A DNA stretch of 64,000 nt from an uncultured Desulfuromonadales bacterium (GTDB lineage Bacteria > Desulfobacterota > Desulfuromonadia > Geobacterales > CAIOGM01). A program made the position numbers and the translations under genes. Below the pieces are notes generated by a model. The model did not search any database and was not told where the DNA came from. It worked only from the letters and a program-made list of their open reading frames with translations. Where the stretch lies: the NCBI GenBank assembly GCA_903929485.1, contig CAIYUY010000287.1:38-64037 (forward strand), read 5' to 3'. Each line of letters opens with the position of its first letter. Position 1 is the stretch's first letter. Shown here piece by piece: positions 32,889-42,754 of this stretch.

Positions 32889-35800
32889 TCAGGCCAGCAC
32901 GATCAGCAGATCTTCCTTCTCCACTTTCTCACCTTCCTTGAACTTCACCTCGGCGATAACGCACTCTTCCCTGGCCTTGATGTTGGTCTCCATCTTCATT
33001 GCCTCGGTAACCATGAGGACATCCCCCACCTTCACCCCGTCACCGGCCTTGACGTTGACCTTGAGCACCTTGCCCGGCATGGGAGCGCCCAGATGCTTGG
33101 GGTTCCCCTTCTCGGCCTTCTCCCGCTCCTTCCCGTCGGTGGCGGCGGAGAGGTCGCGCACGGTTACCGACCTGGCGTTGCCGTTAAGTTCGAAGTAGAC
33201 CTGGCGGGTGCCGTCACCCTGAACCTTGCCGATGGCGTTGAGTTTGATAATGAGGGTCTTCCCCGGCTCGATGTCCAGGGAGGTCTCCTGCCCCGGCTCC
33301 AGGCCGTAGAAGAAGATGGGGGTTGGAATGACCGAGGTGTCGGAATAAAGCTGGCGATGCTGGTCCAGTTCCGGATAGACATGGGGATAGAGAATATACG
33401 AGATGAGCGCCTTGTCGTCTATCTTGTGCCCCACCTTCTCTTCCAGTTTCTCCCGTTCAACTTCGAACTCCACCGGCTCCAGCAGCTCTCCGGGGCGACA
33501 GGTGATGGGCTGCTCCCCTTTCAGGATAATCTTTTGCAGCTCCTCCGGCCACCCCTGGTACGGTTGGCCCAACATCCCCTTGAACATTCCCACCACCGAC
33601 TCGGGAAAAGTCAGCTCTTCCCCCTGGGTAAAGACATCCTCGGGCTGGAGGTTGTTCTTCATGAGGAAAATGGCCATGTCTCCCACGACCTTGGACGAGG
33701 GGGTGACCTTGACGATGTCGCCGAAGAGGAGATTTACCTTGTGGTACATCTCCTTGCACTCCTCCCATCGGTCCAGGAGTCCCAGTCCCGCCACCTGGGG
33801 TTTGTAGTTGGAGTATTGACCCCCCGGGATCTCGTGGTGATAGACCTCGGCCGTGCCGGATTTTAGTCCCGACTCGAAGGGGGCGTAGTAGTCGCGCACC
33901 GTCTCCCAGTAGTTGGCCAAGCTCTGGAGTCCGGCTGCGTTGACCATGGGATCGCGCTCTGTCCCCTCCATGGCCGCCACCAGGGCGTTCAGGTTGGGCT
34001 GGGCCGTGAGCCCGGAGAGAGAGGAGAGGGCGGCGTCCACGATGTCAACCCCGGCCTCGGAGGCCTTCAGGAGCATGGCGCTCCCGTTGGATGAGGTGTC
34101 GTGGGTGTGAAGGTGAATGGGGATGCCGATGTTCTCCTTCAGCGCCTTCACCAGCTTATAGGCTGCCTGGGGTTTGAGGAGGCCGGCCATGTCCTTGATG
34201 GCCAAAATGTGAGCCCCCATCTGCTCCAGCTCCTTGGCCATGTTCACGTAGTAATTTAGCGGGTATTTGTCCCGCCGGGGGTCGGTGATGTCGCCGGTAT
34301 AGCAGATGGCCGCCTCGCAGATCTTACCACTCTTTCTCACCGCATCCATGGCCACGGTCATCCCCTTGGTCCAGTTCAGGGAGTCGAAGATCCGGAAGAT
34401 GTCTATCCCCGAGTTGGCCGCCTCCTCGACGAACTTTTCCACCACGTTGTCGGGGTAGTTGGTGTACCCCACGGCGTTGCTCCCCCGGAGGAGCATTTGG
34501 AAAAGGATGTTGGGAATCGCCTCGGAGAGCTTGTGGAGCCGCTGCCAGGGGTCTTCCTTCAAAAACCGCATGGAGACGTCGAAGGTGGCTCCCCCCCAAC
34601 ACTCCAGGGAAAAGAGCTCCGCCCCCAGGTAGGAGGTGGGCTCGGCGATCTTGAGGATGTCGTGGGTTCTGACCCTGGTGGCCAGGTTGGACTGGTGGGC
34701 GTCCCGCATGGTGGTGTCGGTGAGGAGGAGCTTCTTCTGCTCCAGTATCCACTTGGAGAGCCCTTCGGCCCCCAGCATCATGAGGAGGTCGCGGCTCCCC
34801 GCCGGCCGCGATCTGGTGAAGTCAACCTCGGGCACCCGGGCTTCCATGAGATCGGCCGACTTGAGCGGCTTGACGATCCCCGGCGAGCCGTTAACGACCA
34901 CATCCCCCAGGAACTTGAGCACCTTGCTGGCTCGGTCTTTTTTCTCCCGGAACTGGAGCAGTTCCGGGTGTTTGTCCATGAAGGAGGTGTTGCATTTGCC
35001 TGCCATGAACACGGGGTGGGTGATGACGTTTTCCAGAAAACCGATATTGGTCTTGACTCCGCGGATCCGGAACTCCTGCAGCGCCCGGTGCATGACGTGA
35101 GCCGCGCCCTGGAAGGTGAGCCCCCAGGCGCTGATCTTCACCAGAAGGGAATCATAGTGGGGGGTGATCTTGGCGCCGTTGAAGGCGTTCCCCGCGTCCA
35201 GCCGGACGCCGAAACCGGCGGCGGAGCGGTAGGTGGTCAGCGTGCCGAAATCCGGCGCAAAGTTGTTTGCCGGGTCTTCGGTGGTGACCCGGCACTGGAT
35301 GGAGTAACCGCGGATGTCAATGGCGCTCTGGGAGGGGATGTTGATCTCCTGATCGGAGAGTTTGTACCCCTGGGCAACGAGAATCTGGTACTGCACCAGG
35401 TTGCGGCCGGTGATCATCTCGGTGACCGTGTGTTCCACCTGGATGCGGGGGTTCATCTCGATGAAATACCACTGTCCTTCCTGGTCCAGAAGGAATTCCA
35501 CCGTGCCGGCGTTGCGATATTTAACCTGACCGGCGATCTTCAAGGCTGCGTCGCAGAGCTCTTCCCGCTGGAGCTGAGTCAGGGAAAGAGAGGGGGCAAA
35601 CTCCACCACCTTCTGGTGGCGGCGCTGGATGGAGCAGTCCCTTTCATAAAAGTGGACGAGATTGCCGTAGTTGTCTCCCAGGACCTGCACTTCGATATGT
35701 TTGGGGTTCTCCAGGTAGCGCTCAAGAAAGACCGCGGCGTCACCGAAGGCCGCCTTGGCCTCGCTGGCGGCGGCGACCAGCCCTTCCAGCAACTCCTTCT

Positions 35801-36335
35801 TGTTCTGCGCAACCCGCATGCCACGTCCGCCGCCACCCGCGGCAGCCTTGACGATGATGGGGTAGCCATGCTCCTTGGCGAAGATAAGGGCGTCTTCTTC
35901 CTTTTCGATGGGGTCTTCGGTACCGGGAACCGTTCGTACTCCGGCCAGTGTCGCCACCTTGCGCGCCGCCACCTTGTCACCCAGGGCCCGTTGCATTTCG
36001 GCGGTGGGGCCGATGAAGACGATGCCGGCGGCCTCGCACTTCTCCGCAAACTCGGCATTCTCCGAGAGGAAGCCGTAACCGGGGTGAATGGCGTCAACAT
36101 CGGCCTTCAGCGCCAGGGCGATAATTTCCTCGATCCCCAGGTAGGCGTCGATGGGCGATTTTCCCTTGCCGATGAGGTAAGCCTCGTCCGCCTTGTACCG
36201 GTGGAGCGACAGCTTGTCTTCCTCGGAGTAGATGGCCACCGTGCTGATCCCCAGTTCGGTGCAGGCGCGGAAGATCCTGATGGCGATTTCTCCCCGGTTG
36301 GCAGCCATGACTTTTCTAAATCCCTGATGTTTCAT
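32889..36335 (-). CDS. pyc: Pyruvate carboxylase (single-chain: biotin carboxylase, carboxyltransferase and BCCP domains)
   Basis: 1148 aa. The N-terminus is ATP-grasp, the carboxyltransferase has an HxHxH-type HLHTHDTS, and the biotinylation motif is EAMKMET. Confidence 0.97.
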   Translation of the reverse strand: MKHQGFRKVMAANRGEIAIRIFRACTELGISTVAIYSEEDKLSLHRYKADEAYLIGKGKSPIDAYLGIEEIIALALKADVDAIHPGYGFLSENAEFAEKCEAAGIVFIGPTAEMQRALGDKVAARKVATLAGVRTVPGTEDPIEKEEDALIFAKEHGYPIIVKAAAGGGGRGMRVAQNKKELLEGLVAAASEAKAAFGDAAVFLERYLENPKHIEVQVLGDNYGNLVHFYERDCSIQRRHQKVVEFAPSLSLTQLQREELCDAALKIAGQVKYRNAGTVEFLLDQEGQWYFIEMNPRIQVEHTVTEMITGRNLVQYQILVAQGYKLSDQEINIPSQSAIDIRGYSIQCRVTTEDPANNFAPDFGTLTTYRSAAGFGVRLDAGNAFNGAKITPHYDSLLVKISAWGLTFQGAAHVMHRALQEFRIRGVKTNIGFLENVITHPVFMAGKCNTSFMDKHPELLQFREKKDRASKVLKFLGDVVVNGSPGIVKPLKSADLMEARVPEVDFTRSRPAGSRDLLMMLGAEGLSKWILEQKKLLLTDTTMRDAHQSNLATRVRTHDILKIAEPTSYLGAELFSLECWGGATFDVSMRFLKEDPWQRLHKLSEAIPNILFQMLLRGSNAVGYTNYPDNVVEKFVEEAANSGIDIFRIFDSLNWTKGMTVAMDAVRKSGKICEAAICYTGDITDPRRDKYPLNYYVNMAKELEQMGAHILAIKDMAGLLKPQAAYKLVKALKENIGIPIHLHTHDTSSNGSAMLLKASEAGVDIVDAALSSLSGLTAQPNLNALVAAMEGTERDPMVNAAGLQSLANYWETVRDYYAPFESGLKSGTAEVYHHEIPGGQYSNYKPQVAGLGLLDRWEECKEMYHKVNLLFGDIVKVTPSSKVVGDMAIFLMKNNLQPEDVFTQGEELTFPESVVGMFKGMLGQPYQGWPEELQKIILKGEQPITCRPGELLEPVEFEVEREKLEEKVGHKIDDKALISYILYPHVYPELDQHRQLYSDTSVIPTPIFFYGLEPGQETSLDIEPGKTLIIKLNAIGKVQGDGTRQVYFELNGNARSVTVRDLSAATDGKEREKAEKGNPKHLGAPMPGKVLKVNVKAGDGVKVGDVLMVTEAMKMETNIKAREECVIAEVKFKEGEKVEKEDLLIVLA

Positions 36336-36512
36336 TCCGTACCTCCGGTAGTTTTTTCGTCTGAATAAAACAATTTATACTCTGTGTGAAATTTTCGTAG
36401 GACTAAAAAAATACAGTAAATTTAAACAATTAGGCGGAATCATTCGGCCGGCATATGAAAACAGAATAACCGTAAACTGTCAACTGTAAACATTTGTTAT
36501 AGATGAATTGCC

Positions 36513-36555
36513 TTGACGTTCGCCGCCATCCACTTTATAGTGAAATTCAATTTCA
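36513..36555 (+). promoter_or_regulatory. Sigma-70-type promoter (TTGACG, 17 nt, TATAGT) overlapped by a perfect 7-1-7 palindrome TGAAATTCAATTTCA (Fur-box-like operator)
   Basis: The hexamers lie at 36513-36518 and 36536-36541, and the palindrome at 36541-36555, 14 nt before the fur ATG. Confidence 0.5.
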
Positions 36556-36568
36556 AAATGAGGGTGGC

Positions 36569-37000
36569 ATGAAGCGGGCGAAAACTAAAATATTCCATGA
36601 TTTCATTGCGGAGAGAGGGCTCAAGTCCACGCGGCAACGGGATATTATTCTGGAGGCGTTTCTCGTCTCGGACCGTCATTTGAGTATCGAGGAGCTCTAT
36701 CTTCATCTGAGAGCCGCCCACCCCACTATCGGCTATGTTACGGTTTACCGGACACTCAAGCTATTCGCCGAGTCGGGGATTGCCCGGGAGTTTCAGTTCG
36801 GTGACGGTCAGACCCGTTACGAGCATGTGGCGGAAGGTGAGCATCACGATCACCTCGTTTGTGTCCGGTGTGGAGCTATCTCCGAGTTTTCCAATGCCGC
36901 CATGGAGGCCATTCAGGACGAGATAGCGGCTGCTCAAGGATTCATCATTCAGCACCACAAAATGGAGCTTTACGGGCTCTGCTCAGCCTGCCAGAGGTAA
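36569..37000 (+). CDS. fur: Fur-family metalloregulator
   Basis: GLKSTRQRDIILEAF, HHDHLVCVRCG and a C-terminal CxxC are present. The ATG at 36569 follows GAGGGTGG. Confidence 0.9.
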   Translation: MKRAKTKIFHDFIAERGLKSTRQRDIILEAFLVSDRHLSIEELYLHLRAAHPTIGYVTVYRTLKLFAESGIAREFQFGDGQTRYEHVAEGEHHDHLVCVRCGAISEFSNAAMEAIQDEIAAAQGFIIQHHKMELYGLCSACQR

Positions 37001-37002
37001 AT

Positions 37003-38991
37003 ATGTCTTGGTTCAGAAAGAAGTCGCGGGATGAGGGTGGGGATGGGGTAGTCGTTCACCGGAAGGTGGCCCTGGTGGGGAACCCCAATGTGGGGAAAAG
37101 CGTTCTCTTTAACGCGCTCACCGGCGCTTACGTCACTGTTTCCAACTATCCCGGAACCTCGGTGGAGGTCTCGCGGGGGAGTGCGCGGCTTGGTGACGAG
37201 ATCTTCGAGATCTGCGATACTCCGGGCATGTACGCACTCCTCCCCATTACCGAGGAGGAGCGGGTGGCCAGGGAGATTCTTCTCACCGAGGCTCCGGACC
37301 TGGTGGTCCATGTCCTGGACGCTCGTAATCTGGAGCGGATGCTCGCCATGACCCTGCAGCTTATGGAGGCCGATCTGCCGGTGATCCTGGTGGTCAATAT
37401 CATGGATGAGGCCGAGCGGATGGGACTTGTCATTGATATCCCGCTGCTCCGGGAACGGTTGGGTATCCCGGTGATCGGCGCGGCCACAGCCCGCAATCGG
37501 GGGGTAACCGAGATCAAGGAGGCCATCGGTTCTTACGATGGCGGACGTCGGATTCCCTTTTGCTATGGGCGTCGCATGGAGCAAGATATCGCGGCCGTGG
37601 CCGGAGAGCTGAAGGGAAGCTACCGCCTATCGGCCAAGGCGCTGGCTCTCCTCCTGCTCCAGCGCGATGAAGAGGTGGAGCTCCTCGTCAGGAAAACCGA
37701 AGGGGAGGGGGCCGGGGCCTTGGAGAGCCTGGTGAAAGAGAAGATATTTTTGCGGCGGGAATCATTCCATCTTGACCTCTCCCTGGAGCGGAAGGATATT
37801 GTTCATGATCTTCTTGAGGGGGTCATCCGCCTCCCCGATAAGCGGAGGGAGACCTTTGCGTCGCGCCTCTCCCGACTCACCGTCCGCCCACTCACCGGCG
37901 TCCCCATCCTCTTCGTCGTCCTCTACTTCGGACTGTACCAGTTTGTGGGGAAATTCGGCGCCGGAACCCTGGTTGACCTTATCGAGACGCAACTGTTCGA
38001 GGCCCGGTTCAATCCCTGGATCATAACCGTATCCCAACGCTTTATTCCCTGGGAGACCATCCGGGAGCTCTTCGTGGGAGAGTATGGGGTCATCACCCTG
38101 GGAGTTCGCTATGCCGTGGGGATTATCCTCCCCATCGTGGCCACCTTTTTCATCTTCTTCTCGCTGTTGGAAGATAGCGGCTACTTTCCCCGGCTGGCGT
38201 TGTTGGTGGACCGACTCTTCAAAAAAATAGGGCTGACCGGCCGGGCGGTAATCCCCATCGTCCTGGGGTTCGGCTGCGACACCATGGCCACCATGGTGAC
38301 CCGGACTCTGGAAACGGTGCGGGAGCGGATCATCGCCACGCTTCTCTTGGCTCTGGCCATCCCCTGCTCAGCCCAGCTGGGAGTCATCCTGGCGCTTCTC
38401 TCCAAGGCGCCGGGGGCGCTTCCGGTCTGGAGCGTCTCTCTTCTCCTGATCTTTATCTTCATCGGTTTTCTGGCTGCGCGGGTGTTGCCGGGGGAGACAC
38501 CGCTCTTTTACATGGAACTCCCACCCATGCGGCTCCCCCAGTTTCGTAATGTTCTGACCAAGACCTATACCCGGATGCAGTGGTACTTCATGGAGATACT
38601 GCCGCTCTTCATCCTGGCGTCGGTGCTCCTCTGGCTGGGGAAGATCACAGGTTTCTTCGTAACGCTTATCGGGTGGATGACTCCGGTCATGGCTTCCATC
38701 GGCCTTCCCAAGGAGACGGCGGTAGCTTTCATCTTCGGTTTCTTCCGGCGTGATTACGGGGCCGCCGGACTTTACGACCTGCAGGCCAAGGGACTCATGT
38801 CTCCCCGGCAGCTTACGGTGGCGGCGGTGACCCTCACCCTCTTTGTCCCCTGTATCGCTCAGTTTCTCATCATGAAGAAGGAGCGGGGAACTTCAGTGGC
38901 CGTGGCCATCGGAGTTTTCGTGTCGCTCTTTGCCTACGGTTCCGGCTGGTTTCTCAACGAGTTCCTTCTCGTTACCGGTCTTCTCTCATGA
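37003..38991 (+). CDS. feoB: Ferrous iron transporter FeoB
   Basis: G-domain motifs VALVGNPNVGKS and DTPG, followed by a polytopic membrane domain. The ATG at 37003 lies 3 nt after the fur stop. Confidence 0.95.
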   Translation: MSWFRKKSRDEGGDGVVVHRKVALVGNPNVGKSVLFNALTGAYVTVSNYPGTSVEVSRGSARLGDEIFEICDTPGMYALLPITEEERVAREILLTEAPDLVVHVLDARNLERMLAMTLQLMEADLPVILVVNIMDEAERMGLVIDIPLLRERLGIPVIGAATARNRGVTEIKEAIGSYDGGRRIPFCYGRRMEQDIAAVAGELKGSYRLSAKALALLLLQRDEEVELLVRKTEGEGAGALESLVKEKIFLRRESFHLDLSLERKDIVHDLLEGVIRLPDKRRETFASRLSRLTVRPLTGVPILFVVLYFGLYQFVGKFGAGTLVDLIETQLFEARFNPWIITVSQRFIPWETIRELFVGEYGVITLGVRYAVGIILPIVATFFIFFSLLEDSGYFPRLALLVDRLFKKIGLTGRAVIPIVLGFGCDTMATMVTRTLETVRERIIATLLLALAIPCSAQLGVILALLSKAPGALPVWSVSLLLIFIFIGFLAARVLPGETPLFYMELPPMRLPQFRNVLTKTYTRMQWYFMEILPLFILASVLLWLGKITGFFVTLIGWMTPVMASIGLPKETAVAFIFGFFRRDYGAAGLYDLQAKGLMSPRQLTVAAVTLTLFVPCIAQFLIMKKERGTSVAVAIGVFVSLFAYGSGWFLNEFLLVTGLLS

Positions 38992-39173
38992 TGTGCGGGT
39001 TCTGCGCTCTGGAATTCCGGGAAGAGGAGGGAATTGTGGGGTGTGTTCATTGTCCGGTATCCTGCGGCAAGAATATGATAAAGTGTCCGCGTTGCAACTA
39101 CGAAAATCCGCCGGAGCTGAAACTGTTCAAGAAGATCGCCAAGGCTTTGAAAACTGTGAAAAGTGAATGGTGA
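38988..39173 (+). CDS. Small Cys-rich zinc-ribbon protein coupled to feoB
   Basis: 61 aa with CGFC...CVHCPVSC...CPRC. There is a 4-nt overlap with feoB. Its last codons lie inside the REP-like element. Confidence 0.6.
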   Translation: MMCGFCALEFREEEGIVGCVHCPVSCGKNMIKCPRCNYENPPELKLFKKIAKALKTVKSEW

Positions 39174-39208
39174 ATAGTAAAAAGATCTTTTCACCATTCA
39201 CCATTCAC
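39156..39208. repeat. Second copy of the GTGAATGGTGAATAGT / TTCACCATTCACCATTCAC palindromic element
   Basis: Read directly. Compare with 13380-13447. Confidence 0.85.
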
Positions 39209-39225
39209 GTTATGAGGAGTAATCA

Positions 39226-39870
39226 ATGAAACTCTCTGAAAAAGCGGAAGAAATCCTCGAAGCGCTCTGGGTCGCCGTGGAAGAGAAGGGGCGGGGTTAC
39301 CTGGATATTGATAGTGTCGGAATCCCTGCCGATGATCCTTCCTACGCCGAATTGACTGAAAAGAGCTTCATCGAAGTGAAAAACGGCTGCGTCTATTTAC
39401 GTCCGGAGGGAAAATCCGAGGGACGCCAAACCATTCGCCGTCACCGTCTGGCCGAGAGACTCATGATGGATATTCTCAACATCAGGGGGGAAGATGGGGA
39501 TCGGAAGGCGTGTCAGTTCGAGCACCTGCTCAACGAGGGGGTCGACGCCAAGGTTTGCACCATGTTGAACCACCCCACCACCTGCCCTCACGGCAAGGAG
39601 ATTCCGAAAGGTGACTGTTGCATCGAGGCGGAGCGCCAGGGGGATATGGGGGTGGTGCCGCTCACGGAGTTGAAGAGCAACCAGGAAGGGGAAATCGCCT
39701 ATATTCAGACCGGGGACAGCAAGAAAATGCAGAAACTGATGGCCATGGGGGTGCTGCCGGGGAATAGAATTCTTCTCATGCAAACATTCCCCTCATATAT
39801 TTTCCGGGTAGGATTTTCCGAATTCGCCATTGACACTCAGATGGCTCGGGAGATATTTGTGCGGCGCTAA
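39226..39870 (+). CDS. DtxR/MntR-family metal-dependent regulator with a C-terminal FeoA (SH3-like) domain
   Basis: RRHRLAERLMMDIL is the DtxR helix, HxxxxC/H metal ligands are present, and the C-terminal GEIAYIQTGDSKKMQKLMAMGVLPG is FeoA-like. Confidence 0.85.
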   Translation: MKLSEKAEEILEALWVAVEEKGRGYLDIDSVGIPADDPSYAELTEKSFIEVKNGCVYLRPEGKSEGRQTIRRHRLAERLMMDILNIRGEDGDRKACQFEHLLNEGVDAKVCTMLNHPTTCPHGKEIPKGDCCIEAERQGDMGVVPLTELKSNQEGEIAYIQTGDSKKMQKLMAMGVLPGNRILLMQTFPSYIFRVGFSEFAIDTQMAREIFVRR

Positions 39871-40029
39871 TCCACCTTGTGGGTAAAGATGACCCGTTCT
39901 GATTAAAAAAAGAGCACTATGGAACGGTTTTTTGCCTGTTTTTTGGGCGAACCTTCGAGAGCATTCGGCTCATTTTCCATATGGTTTACTAACTATCTGA
40001 TATATAGGCCTCATTTTTGTTCAACGTGT

Positions 40030-40045
40030 TGGCAGCAAAATTGCT
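40030..40045 (+). promoter_or_regulatory. Sigma-54 (RpoN) promoter TGGCAG-N5-TTGCT upstream of glnB-glnA
   Basis: GG and GC are separated by exactly 10 nt, as in the -24/-12 consensus TGGCACG-N4-TTGC. It lies about 105 nt before the glnB start. Confidence 0.7.
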
Positions 40046-40071
40046 ATAAGGCCGGTATGGACTTTTGATGA

Positions 40072-40488
<417 letters not shown>

Positions 40489-40540
40489 CAACAACGTAGT
40501 GCAACGCAGACATACACCAATGATAAAAGGAGAGAGCAGA

Positions 40541-41953
40541 ATGACACCACAACAGGTACTTGAGTTTGCCAAGGAAAACGGCGCGAAGATGGTTGATTAC
40601 AAGTTCATGGATTTTATCGGCACGTGGCAGCACGTTTCCGTTCCCATGAGCGAGTTCAGCGAAGACACCTTCGAAGAAGGGCAGGGCTTTGACGGTTCAT
40701 CCATCCGGGGGTGGCAGCCTATTCATGCCTCCGACATGATCCTCCTGCCGGATCCCGTTTCCGCCAAGATGGACCCGTTCATCGTAGTGCCGACTCTTTC
40801 TCTTATCTGCAATATCTTTGATCCCATCACCAAGGAAGACTACAGCCGCGATCCGCGTAACATCGCCCGCAAGGCCGAAGCGTACCTCAAGTCCACCGGT
40901 ATCGGGGACACCGCCTACTTCGGCCCGGAAGCCGAGTTCTTTATCTTTGATGAAGTCCGCTATGATTCCTCCGCCAATCAGGCTTTCTATATGGTTGATT
41001 CGTCGGAAGGGGCATGGAACACCGGTCGCGAAGAGTTCCCCAACCTGGGACACAAGCCGCGCCACAAGGAAGGGTACTTCCCCTGCTCACCGGTGGATTC
41101 CCAGAACGATCTGCGTAACGAAATGGTGCTGGAGTTGCAGAATGTGGGCATCCGCGTGGAGTGTCAGCACCACGAAGTAGCCACCGGCGGTCAGGCTGAG
41201 ATCGACATGCGCTTTTCGTCGCTGGTTGACATGGCCGATCAGCTGCAATGGTTCAAGTATGTAATCAAGAACGTGGCTAACCGTAACGGCAAGACCGCCA
41301 CCTTCATGCCCAAGCCGCTTTACGGCGACAACGGCTCGGGGATGCATTGTCATCAGTCCATCTGGAAAGACGGCACGAACCTGTTTGCCGGAGACGGTTA
41401 CGGCGGGCTCTCCAAGATGGCTCTCTGGTACATCGGCGGGATCATCAAGCATGCCAAGGCTCTCTGCGCCATCACCAACCCCACCACCAATAGCTACAAG
41501 CGTCTGGTTCCCGGTTTCGAGGCTCCGGTTAACATGGCTTATTCCAGCCGGAACCGTTCCGCCGCGCTTCGTATTCCCATGATGTCCTCCAATCCCAAAG
41601 CCAAACGGGTGGAATACCGTACTCCCGACCCCTCCTGTAACGGCTACCTGGCCTTTGCCGCCATGCTCATGGCCGGCCTGGACGGGATCGAGAACAAGAT
41701 CGATCCGGGGCAACCGCTGGACAAGGACATCTACGGACTCTCTCCCGAAGAGCTCAAGGACATTCCGTCCGCTCCGGGAACCTTGGAAGAGGCGCTGCAG
41801 GCGCTGAAGGATGATCACGAGTTTCTCCTCAAGGGGGATGTCTTCACCCCTGACGTCATTGAAAAATGGATCGAGTACAAGACCGAAAACGAAGTTAATC
41901 CGGTCCGGATGCGTCCGGTTCCCCTGGAATTCGCACTTTACTTTGACATCTAA
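40541..41953 (+). CDS. glnA: Glutamine synthetase type I
   Basis: 470 aa with FDGSSIRGW, the MHCHQS region, and the adenylylation-site context NLYDLP replaced by DIYGLSPEE. The ATG at 40541 follows AAAGGAGAGAG. Confidence 0.95.
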   Translation: MTPQQVLEFAKENGAKMVDYKFMDFIGTWQHVSVPMSEFSEDTFEEGQGFDGSSIRGWQPIHASDMILLPDPVSAKMDPFIVVPTLSLICNIFDPITKEDYSRDPRNIARKAEAYLKSTGIGDTAYFGPEAEFFIFDEVRYDSSANQAFYMVDSSEGAWNTGREEFPNLGHKPRHKEGYFPCSPVDSQNDLRNEMVLELQNVGIRVECQHHEVATGGQAEIDMRFSSLVDMADQLQWFKYVIKNVANRNGKTATFMPKPLYGDNGSGMHCHQSIWKDGTNLFAGDGYGGLSKMALWYIGGIIKHAKALCAITNPTTNSYKRLVPGFEAPVNMAYSSRNRSAALRIPMMSSNPKAKRVEYRTPDPSCNGYLAFAAMLMAGLDGIENKIDPGQPLDKDIYGLSPEELKDIPSAPGTLEEALQALKDDHEFLLKGDVFTPDVIEKWIEYKTENEVNPVRMRPVPLEFALYFDI

Positions 41954-41983
41954 GCCTTTTTTGGCGCATTGTGATACAAAAAA

Positions 41984-42013
41984 GCGGCGGGAGCAATCCC
42001 GCCGCTTTTTTTT
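41984..42013 (+). terminator. Rho-independent terminator GCGGCGGGA-loop-TCCCGCCGC followed by T8
   Basis: Read directly, 30 nt after the glnA stop. Confidence 0.9.
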
Positions 42014-42047
42014 GTTATCCCTAATTCGCGAATCACCTAACCCCTAT

Positions 42048-42075
42048 TAGAACCTAGAACCTAGAACCTAGAACC
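42048..42075. repeat. Heptanucleotide tandem repeat (TAGAACC) x4 immediately upstream of the RBS of the next gene
   Basis: Read directly. Four perfect copies. Confidence 0.95.
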
Positions 42076-42090
42076 TTGGAGGTCCGCTCC

Positions 42091-42741
42091 ATGCCGCTGA
42101 AAACCGTGCTTCTCGTCGGCCTGACACTGTTTGTCGTGCTGCTTCTTTCCGCAGTGATCCTGCTGGTCCGGAGCATGTTCATGGCTACCAGGGGGAGGAA
42201 AATAGCCCGTTATCCGACGCCGCGAAAAGCGCTCATTGTTTTAGACCTCCAGGAAGGTTATAGCGGGACGAACCATCGGCAACCGGCGACCATCCCTCCC
42301 GCCACCGGATTGATCGCCAGGGTCAACCGGCTCATTGATGACGCCGAGAGCTCCGGCATGGAGGTTGCCTACATCCGTCAAGTATTCAGCAACAACCTGT
42401 TCGTGCGGCTTCATGGGGGGAAGAGGCAGGGGAGGGTTATCATCGACCGGAGAATCAAGGTCATCAATGGTAATGATTTTGAGAAAAACCGGACGGACGC
42501 TTTTTCCAACGGGGAGTTGGAAAAACTGCTCATTGATCGGCAGGTGAACGAACTTTATCTCGTGGGGGTGGACGCAGCCTTCTGTGTCCATTACACGGCG
42601 CTGGGCGCCCTGAATCGCGGGTACAAGGTAACCGTTGTCACCGACGCCGTCATGTCTCGCAACAACATGGAGAAGGTTCTGGCGAACTATCGGCGCAAGG
42701 GAATCGGGATCATCACCAGCGAAGAGCTTATGGGGCATTGA
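42091..42741 (+). CDS. Membrane-anchored isochorismatase-family cysteine hydrolase
   Basis: N-terminal TM helix, ALIVLDLQEGY (Asp) and VGVDAAFCVHYTA (Cys). The ATG at 42091 follows GGAGG. Confidence 0.85.
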   Translation: MPLKTVLLVGLTLFVVLLLSAVILLVRSMFMATRGRKIARYPTPRKALIVLDLQEGYSGTNHRQPATIPPATGLIARVNRLIDDAESSGMEVAYIRQVFSNNLFVRLHGGKRQGRVIIDRRIKVINGNDFEKNRTDAFSNGELEKLLIDRQVNELYLVGVDAAFCVHYTALGALNRGYKVTVVTDAVMSRNNMEKVLANYRRKGIGIITSEELMGH

Positions 42742-42754
42742 CGCCGATTTTTTC

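Noticed and set aside
36859-37002. Upstream extensions of feoB (36859), glnA (40301), glnB (40099), pal (48104), fur (36503) and vsr (20682) as listed in the ORF track
   Set aside because: The extensions overlap the preceding gene or lack similarity to the family N-terminus. Internal starts with good RBSs reproduce the canonical N-termini.
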